This document shows positions 58,657-64,000 of a stretch of DNA of 64,000 nt, one piece after another. The stretch's first letter is position 1, and each line of letters starts with the position of its first letter. Origin of the DNA: Rhodopila sp. (lineage in GTDB: Bacteria > Pseudomonadota > Alphaproteobacteria > Acetobacterales > Acetobacteraceae); assembly GCF_965277165.1 (NCBI RefSeq), contig NZ_CBDICE010000005.1:344443-408442 (forward strand). The letters are read 5' to 3'. A program made the position numbers and the translations under genes. The notes beneath the pieces were generated by a model. That model ran no database searches and was not told the origin of the DNA. It worked only from the letters and a program-made list of their open reading frames with translations.

Positions 58657-59828
58657 TGCTCAGCAGCCAACACCGCATCCTGACCACCCATACCGGCAGC
58701 CTGCCCCGTCCAGCCGCACTGACCGACCTCTATGCGCGCCGCGCCGCCGGCGAGGCGATCGACGAAGCGGCGCTGGATGCCGCCGGCAAGCTGGCGACCC
58801 GCCACGTCGTGCGCCAGCAGATCGCCTCGGGAATCGACGTCGGCAACAACGGCGAGCAGCAGCGTGAGGCGTTCTTCCTCTACGTGCGCCGGCGCATGAC
58901 GGGCTTCGGCGGCACCTGGAACCGCCGGCCGATGGCCGACGTCGTCAAATACCCCGGATATCAAGCCTGGGCCAGCGAACAGGACAGCGCCCGCCGTTCG
59001 GTTAGCAACCGCGGCGCCCTGCCCAAGGCGATCGGAGCCGTGGCCTATCTGGACCCCGCCCTTATCAAGGCCGAGTGCGACGAATTCCACGCCACCCTGT
59101 CCGAGGTGGAGGGCCGCTTCGCCGAACCGTTCATGACCGCGCCATCGCCAGGCATCATCGCCGCCGCCCTGATGAACGAACATTACGACACCGAGGACGC
59201 TTATCTGCACGCCCTCGGCCAGGCCCTGCGCATCGAGTACGAGGCAATCGTCGCGGCCGGCTTCCTGCTGCAGATCGATGCGCCCGACCTCGCGCTGGAA
59301 CGACACGTCTCTTTCCAGGACCGCAAGCTGGGCGATTTCATCGACTTCGCCGAACGCGTGGTGGAAACCATCAACCAGGCCCTGGCCAATATCCCTGCCG
59401 ACCGGGTCCGCATTCATGCCTGCTGGGGCAATTACGAGGCGCCGCACGATTGCGACGTCGATCTGCAGGACATCCTGCCCACCATCGCTCGGGCAAAAGT
59501 CGGAGGCTGGGTACTGCCATTCGCCAATCCCCGCCATGCCCACGAATACCGCTGCCTGAAGAACCTGCCGCTCGCCGACGGCCAGGTGGTGGTGGCCGGG
59601 GTGATCGATCCGCTGACCAATTTCGTCGAGCATCCCGAGGTCGTGGCCGACCGGCTCGAGCTGGCAGTCCGCGCGGTCGGCGATCCGACCCGCGTGCTGG
59701 CCGGGACCGATTGCGGCTTCGATACCTCGGCCGGCCGCGGCCGGGTCGCCGAGGACGTGGTATGGGCCAAGCTGCGGGCAATGGCCGACGGCGCTCGTAT
59801 CGCTTCGCAGCGGCTAGGAATGACCTGA
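58656..59828 (+). CDS. Cobalamin-independent methionine synthase catalytic-domain (MetE-like) protein, second paralog
   Basis: The ATG shares one base with the upstream TGA (TGATG). The protein begins ILTTHTGSLPRP, has the block LLQIDAPD, and carries the C-terminal motif TDCGF. Confidence 0.8.
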   Translation: MLSSQHRILTTHTGSLPRPAALTDLYARRAAGEAIDEAALDAAGKLATRHVVRQQIASGIDVGNNGEQQREAFFLYVRRRMTGFGGTWNRRPMADVVKYPGYQAWASEQDSARRSVSNRGALPKAIGAVAYLDPALIKAECDEFHATLSEVEGRFAEPFMTAPSPGIIAAALMNEHYDTEDAYLHALGQALRIEYEAIVAAGFLLQIDAPDLALERHVSFQDRKLGDFIDFAERVVETINQALANIPADRVRIHACWGNYEAPHDCDVDLQDILPTIARAKVGGWVLPFANPRHAHEYRCLKNLPLADGQVVVAGVIDPLTNFVEHPEVVADRLELAVRAVGDPTRVLAGTDCGFDTSAGRGRVAEDVVWAKLRAMADGARIASQRLGMT

Positions 59829-59889
59829 TTTCGATGTCCAACCAGACGCCGCGGGAAAACCGATCGGCGCCGAGCAGCAGGGCCGCACC

Positions 59890-60519
59890 ATGAACACCGA
59901 CCTGTTTGAGATCATCCGCACCACACGCTCGATGCGCCGGCTGAAGCCAGACCCGGTGCCCGCCGCACTGATCCGCCAGATCCTCGATGCCGGCATTGCG
60001 GCGGCCAACGGCGGAAACATGCAAACCTGGCGCTTCCTGGTGATCCGCGATCCCGCGATCAAGGCCGCGACGGCGCACTGGTACCGCCGCGCCTGGCACG
60101 AAACCGTGGCGCCGCGATACCGCGCTGGCGCTCCGGCACCCGGATCGACCCGTGACCGGTTCGACCGCATGTTGGCGGCGGCAGAGCATCTGGCCGACCA
60201 TTTGCACGAAGCGCCGGTATGGATCGTGCCCTGTCTGCAGGGCGGAACCCACACCAGGACCTCGGGCGCCTCGATCTACCCGGCAGTGCAGAACATGCTG
60301 TTGGCAGCCCGCGCGCTCGGCCTCGGTGCCACCCTGACCACGCTCTATCTGCTGTTCGAGAAGCAAACGGAAGCCGCGATGGGACTGCCCGAGGACGCCC
60401 ATTCCTACGCCATACTGCCAGTCGGCTACCCGCTGGGAAAGTTCGGACCGGTCGGACGAACCGCGTTGCAGGACGTCGTCTTCACCGACCACTGGGGACA
60501 AAAATGGTCTGACGCATGA
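59890..60519 (+). CDS. Nitroreductase-family flavoprotein
   Basis: Family blocks are present (IIRTTRSMRRL, AANGGNMQTWRFLVI, QNMLLAARALGLGATL). Confidence 0.88.
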   Translation: MNTDLFEIIRTTRSMRRLKPDPVPAALIRQILDAGIAAANGGNMQTWRFLVIRDPAIKAATAHWYRRAWHETVAPRYRAGAPAPGSTRDRFDRMLAAAEHLADHLHEAPVWIVPCLQGGTHTRTSGASIYPAVQNMLLAARALGLGATLTTLYLLFEKQTEAAMGLPEDAHSYAILPVGYPLGKFGPVGRTALQDVVFTDHWGQKWSDA

Positions 60520-60616
60520 CAGTCAAAAAGCGCGCCAGCATAGACCCACGGCTTGCCAGTTTCCGGAAAAGCTGGCTCGTCGGCGATCACTCAAAGCCCT
60601 CGAACCGGAGGATTCG

Positions 60617-60831
60617 ATGACCAGTCGGACCGACAACCTTCCGCCGATCCATCCTGGCGTAGTCCTGAAGATGAACTTGAAGCGCTAGACACGAGCGCCC
60701 GAAAATTCCCCGCCCGCGTCCACGTGCCGTACAACGCCATTAAGGAAATCATTAACGGTGATTAGGTCATCACCGTACAAATAGCGATCGGGTTCGGTCG
60801 GGTCCTCGGCATATCAGCGCATATTGAATGA
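60617..60831 (+). pseudogene. higA: Decayed HigA/VapI-type (Xre HTH) antitoxin remnant
   Basis: ATG 60617 follows GGAGGA and opens MTSRTDNLPPIHPGVVLK, the IHPGE(I/V)L signature. The homology continues in another frame (EDELEALDTSARKF...AIKEIINGD). It then runs past an in-frame TAG (VITVQIAIGFGRVLGISA). The gene therefore has at least one frameshift, one nonsense codon and a C-terminal truncation. Confidence 0.55.
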
Positions 60832-60951
60832 ACCTGCAGTCGATCTGTCAATTGAAAATCGTCCGGTCGACGATGGACAACGAAACAATCGAACCATACA
60901 CCTTTGGTCGGTTGATACCACCGACCTGACTACCCAAAACAAAGTCGCTTC

Positions 60952-61028
60952 TGGTCGGAGTGAGAGGATTCGAACCTCCGGCCCCTGCGTCCCGAACACA
61001 GTGCTCTACCAGGCTGAGCTACACTCCG
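60952..61028 (-). tRNA. tRNA-Pro (anticodon CGG)
   Basis: The reverse complement folds by hand into a 77-nt cloverleaf. Acceptor CGGAGTG/CACTCCG, D-arm GCTC...GAGC, anticodon stem CTGTG/CGCAG with loop TTCGGGA, T-arm GGAGG-TTCGAAT-CCTCT, discriminator A, and an encoded CCA. Confidence 0.93.
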
Positions 61029-61092
61029 GCCGAATTCGCGCCTATAGCCCCCGAACGCGGCGGAAGCAAGGCACCGATCGACCTCAAACCCC

Positions 61093-62226
61093 TCAACCGC
61101 CCAGCACCCCCAACGCCGCATTCACCCCGAAATCCCCCGGCAGCCCACCGCGCGGGAAAAGCCGTGTCACATGCCCCATCTTCCGCCCCGGCAACGCCGC
61201 CGCCTTGCCATACAGGTGCGGGATCAGACCCGGCTCCGCCACCGCGGCCGGCCACAGCGCCACACCTTCGGGCCCGATCAGATTCTTCATCACCGCATCC
61301 GAATGCCGCGTCGCCGACGGCAACGCCAGCCCGGCAATCGCCCGGATGTGCAACTCGAACTGGCTCGCCGGGCATGCATCGATCGTCCAGTGCCCGGAGT
61401 TGTGCGGCCGAGGCGCGATCTCGTTCACCAACACCTTGCCGTCGCTGTCGATGAACATCTCCACCGCCAGCAGCCCAACCACGTCCAGCGCTTCCGCGAC
61501 ACGACAGCCGATCGCTTGCGCCGCCTGGTCCGCCGCCGGCGAAATTCGCGCCGGTGCCAGGGTCAGATCTAGTATGTGATCGCGATGACGGTTCTCTACG
61601 GTATCGAAGCTCGACAAGGCGCCATCGTCGCCCCGCGCCACCACCACGCTGATCTCCTGGGCGAAGTCCACGAACCCTTCCAGCACCAGCGGCTTCGGAT
61701 CCAGCCGAGCCCACGCGCCGTCCAGGTCCGCCATCGCGCGCAGCGTCGCCTGCCCTTTGCCGTCATAGCCCAGCCGGGTGGTCTTCAGCACCGCGGGAAG
61801 CCCAAGCCGACGCACCGCCTCGTCAAGCTCCCGCCTGGAATCCACCCGCGCCCAAGGCGCCGTCGCAACGCCCGCGCCATTGAGAAAAGTCTTCTCATCC
61901 ACCCGGTCCTGGCTGATCCGCAGCACTGAGGGCGAGGGTCGCACCGGCCGGATCGAGGCCAACAGATCCAACCCCTCGGCGCTGACGTTCTCGAACTCAA
62001 AGCTGATCACGTCCGCCACATCGGCGAACGCGCGCAACGAGACCGGATCGCTGTAGTCACTGATCGTCACGCCATGCGAGACCTGCGCCGCCGGACTGTC
62101 GGTCTCCCGGGTCAAAATGTGGCAGCGGTAACCAAGTCGCGCCGCGGCCAGCGCCGACATCCGGCCAAGCTGCCCACCTCCCACCAGTCCGATCGTCGCA
62201 TTCGGCGGCAGCGGAAACCGGGTCAT
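61093..62226 (-). CDS. purK: N5-carboxyaminoimidazole ribonucleotide synthase
   Basis: ATG 62226 overlaps the purE stop (ATGA) within the longer track ORF. The protein begins [12 protein letters not shown] and has ATP-grasp blocks throughout. Confidence 0.92.
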   Translation of the reverse strand: MTRFPLPPNATIGLVGGGQLGRMSALAAARLGYRCHILTRETDSPAAQVSHGVTISDYSDPVSLRAFADVADVISFEFENVSAEGLDLLASIRPVRPSPSVLRISQDRVDEKTFLNGAGVATAPWARVDSRRELDEAVRRLGLPAVLKTTRLGYDGKGQATLRAMADLDGAWARLDPKPLVLEGFVDFAQEISVVVARGDDGALSSFDTVENRHRDHILDLTLAPARISPAADQAAQAIGCRVAEALDVVGLLAVEMFIDSDGKVLVNEIAPRPHNSGHWTIDACPASQFELHIRAIAGLALPSATRHSDAVMKNLIGPEGVALWPAAVAEPGLIPHLYGKAAALPGRKMGHVTRLFPRGGLPGDFGVNAALGVLGG

Positions 62227-62750
62227 GATGGATCCTCGCGCCCCCCCCGCCCGGTCGTCGGTTCCGGAGCCTCCGGCACCGCCGCGGTCTGCTCGGCCCG
62301 AAACGCATCTAGCCGTGCCGCAACCGAGGCATCGCCGGTGGCCAGGATTGCCGCCGCCAGCAGCGCCGCGTTCACCGCCCCGGCCCGGCCGATCGCCAGG
62401 GTGGCGACCGGAACGCCCGCCGGCATCTGAACCATCGAGAGCAGGCTGTCCATGCCGCCCAGCGTCGGCCCCTCCACCGGCACACCCAACACCGGCAGCG
62501 ATGTCCACGATGCACACATCCCCGGCAGATGCGCCGCACCCCCTGCCGCGGCGATGATGACCTTCAATCCGCGATCCCGAGCCGTCTTCGCAAAGCCGCG
62601 CAACCGATCCGGGGTCCGATGCGCCGAGACGATCTTCACCTCATGAGGCACACCAAGCCTGGCCAACATTTCGGCCGCGTGCCTCAGCACCGGCCAGTCC
62701 GACTGGCTGCCCATGATGATCCCGACCAAAGCTGCCTGTCCCGCCGCCAT
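62223..62750 (-). CDS. purE: N5-carboxyaminoimidazole ribonucleotide mutase
   Basis: ATG 62750 lies 1 nt after the upstream DUF465 stop; TTG 62759 is the alternative. PurE blocks are present ([32 protein letters not shown]). Confidence 0.93.
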   Translation of the reverse strand: MAAGQAALVGIIMGSQSDWPVLRHAAEMLARLGVPHEVKIVSAHRTPDRLRGFAKTARDRGLKVIIAAAGGAAHLPGMCASWTSLPVLGVPVEGPTLGGMDSLLSMVQMPAGVPVATLAIGRAGAVNAALLAAAILATGDASVAARLDAFRAEQTAAVPEAPEPTTGRGGREDPS

Positions 62751-62751
62751 G

Positions 62752-62955
62752 TCAGGCAATACTGTCCGGGATCAGCCGGCTTTCCAGCCAGGCAATCTCA
62801 TCGCGCAGCATCAACTTGCGCTTTTTCAGACGCTGCAGATGCAGCTGATCCGACGCGCCCTGGTCAGCGAGGCGCGCAATGACGGTGTCCAGGTCCCGAT
62901 GCTCGCTGCGCAACCCATGCAGCTTGCGCAGCAGTGAATCCCTATCGCTCAGCAT
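62752..62955 (-). CDS. DUF465 (YdcH-like) small protein
   Basis: The roughly 67-aa protein has a coiled-coil-like motif [17 protein letters not shown]. Confidence 0.75.
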   Translation of the reverse strand: MLSDRDSLLRKLHGLRSEHRDLDTVIARLADQGASDQLHLQRLKKRKLMLRDEIAWLESRLIPDSIA

Positions 62956-63102
62956 GACCACAACCTACGATAGAAATAAATCCTCAAACCGAGAACGAAG
63001 TTGTAGCTGGTCAGGTCGATGGCAAACGCGTTACGTTGAACCGCCGCGGTCACTGCGGTGCCCGCTGGCAGCCCACCGGTTAAACGCGGAGGTACCCAGT
63101 CC

Positions 63103-63276
63103 ATGAGCCTGAATACCCGTCTCGACGCGCTGAAGGAACGGCATGCGTCTCTCGAAACGCGAATTTTCGACGAGGACCATCGTCCGCAACCCGATACGGA
63201 AGCCCTCATGCGACTAAAACTCGAAAAGCTGCGCCTGAAAGACGAAATAGAGAGGCTGCGAACCCAAGCCGACTGA
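63103..63276 (+). CDS. DUF465 (YdcH-like) small protein, divergent paralog
   Basis: ATG 63103 follows GCGGAGG. The 57-aa protein contains LKERHASLETRI...LMRLKLEKLRLKDEIERL. Confidence 0.75.
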   Translation: MSLNTRLDALKERHASLETRIFDEDHRPQPDTEALMRLKLEKLRLKDEIERLRTQAD

Positions 63277-63290
63277 ACGGACACCGTTCA
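63274..63290. terminator. Short perfect hairpin between convergent genes (candidate bidirectional terminator)
   Basis: TGAACGG-ACA-CCGTTCA starts at the DUF465 stop codon. No T-tract follows, so the call is weak. Confidence 0.35.
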
Positions 63291-63310
63291 GCTTGCCCCC
63301 GCCAGGCCGG

Positions 63311-63886
63311 TCAGGCGGCCTCGTCCGCCTCCGGCTGCGGCACCGGCACGGCGCGCCCTTCCCGCTGCAAGCGGTCGTTTGCCTGAGCCACCGCCGCATT
63401 CAAGTCTGTCTGGCTGCACAACCCCAGGATGATCGGATCACGCGGCTTGATGTTTGCACTGTTCCAGTGCGTGCGTTCCCGCACCTTCTGAATCGTGTCC
63501 TTGGTCGTGCCGAGCAATTTGCCGACCTGGGCTTCCGAAAGCTGCGGATAATTGCGCAGCACGAACGCAATCGCGTCCGGGCGGTCGTTGCGTTTGGCAA
63601 CCGGTGTGTACCGCGACCCGCGCAGCCGCTTGGGCATCGGCAGGGCATTCGCGATCAGCTTCAGCCGGGCGTTCGGATCGGCCTCGCACTGGCGAATGTT
63701 CTCCGAAGTTGTCTGCATATTGGCAACCGGGTCGTAGCCGACGATCCCTTGAGCGACCTCGCCGTCGGCAATCGCCTGCACCTCTAGCGGATGCATGCCG
63801 CAGAACTCCGCAATCTGTGTGAACGTAAGGGCGGTTTTGTCGATCAACCACACGGCGGTGGCCTTTGGCATCAGCGGAAGGGTCAT
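63311..63886 (-). CDS. DUF1013-family protein (TrcR-like cell-cycle regulator family of alphaproteobacteria)
   Basis: The 191-aa protein begins MTLPLMPKATAVWLIDKTALTFTQIAEFCGMHPLEVQAIADGE and carries a duplicated HTH-like module. The family assignment is from memory. Confidence 0.8.
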   Translation of the reverse strand: MTLPLMPKATAVWLIDKTALTFTQIAEFCGMHPLEVQAIADGEVAQGIVGYDPVANMQTTSENIRQCEADPNARLKLIANALPMPKRLRGSRYTPVAKRNDRPDAIAFVLRNYPQLSEAQVGKLLGTTKDTIQKVRERTHWNSANIKPRDPIILGLCSQTDLNAAVAQANDRLQREGRAVPVPQPEADEAA

Positions 63887-64000
63887 GGCTTTTTCACACT
63901 CTCAGGGCCGAAGGCGGGCGATTTTCGTTTTGGTGCTGCCGATCGCAGGCCATTCACCGCAAATGCCCACACAAAACAACAACAACTGGCCGCGGCCGAA

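Noticed and set aside
60553-60765. The 70-aa track ORF as a genuine small gene.
   Set aside because: Its C-terminal half is the middle of the frameshifted HigA-like HTH. Its N-terminal half is an out-of-frame read through the higA start region. It is better explained as part of the pseudogene.
60901-60915. TGGTCGG at 60905-60911 repeats the first 7 nt of the tRNA-Pro 3' end (60952-60958), which could be an att-site remnant.
   Set aside because: A 7-nt match is expected by chance, and no longer direct repeat is visible.
1-64000. A search for mobile elements, prophage genes, defence systems (restriction-modification, CRISPR-Cas, retrons, abortive-infection NTPases) or rRNA.
   Set aside because: No translated ORF shows transposase, integrase, recombinase, capsid or terminase, Cas, reverse transcriptase, methyltransferase or STAND-NTPase signatures. 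Apart from the higA remnant, the window reads as core chromosome.

Overview
This is a visibly GC-rich (GC not computed), densely coding chromosomal segment. Its gene content looks alphaproteobacterial, Nitrobacteraceae/Bradyrhizobiaceae-like. That placement is an inference from a DUF1013/TrcR-like gene, a divergent DUF465 pair, Gfa and a XoxF island. I can support about 65 protein genes, one tRNA, one tandem glycine riboswitch and two pseudogenes. I found no transposase, integrase, phage gene, CRISPR array or rRNA. Modules from left to right: (1) A lanthanide-type methanol dehydrogenase island runs from 353 to 10067. It holds xoxF-xoxG-xoxJ, the usual PQQ-catabolism accessory genes, and glutathione-dependent formaldehyde oxidation genes (frmA-like, gfa). 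(2) A D-aminoacylase-family amidohydrolase. (3) A five-gene, fully overlap-coupled Mla/MCE-like operon runs from about 12160 to 17714. It is headed by a dCache-GAF-cyclase-homology membrane sensor and includes an ABC-ATPase-like protein. Both of these 'enzymes' look catalytically degenerate by eye, and this is my best candidate for an undescribed system. (4) Assorted oxidoreductase and hydrolase genes, a VWA-like protein and AMP nucleosidase. (5) A tandem glycine riboswitch followed by gcvT-gcvH-gcvP. (6) A miscellaneous catabolic stretch with LLM oxidoreductase, CoA-transferase, MOSC, TPP enzyme and SDR genes, plus an APC permease interrupted by an amber codon. (7) A PotABCD-type ABC importer operon with an embedded RutA-like monooxygenase. 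(8) A LivK-like binding protein, GntR regulator, PhyH dioxygenase, MetE-like protein and CitE-like lyase. (9) A 17-bp x 11 intergenic tandem array, then pepN-tenA. (10) A minus-strand run of msrP, a small membrane protein, hyuB, a CDGSH protein and cynS. (11) dcyD-like, MetE-like and nitroreductase genes. (12) A decayed higA remnant, tRNA-Pro(CGG), purK-purE, the DUF465 pair and the DUF1013 gene. All functional calls rest on my reading of the translated ORFs against remembered family signatures, because no searches could be run. Start codons are my best picks and often differ from the longest-ORF track.
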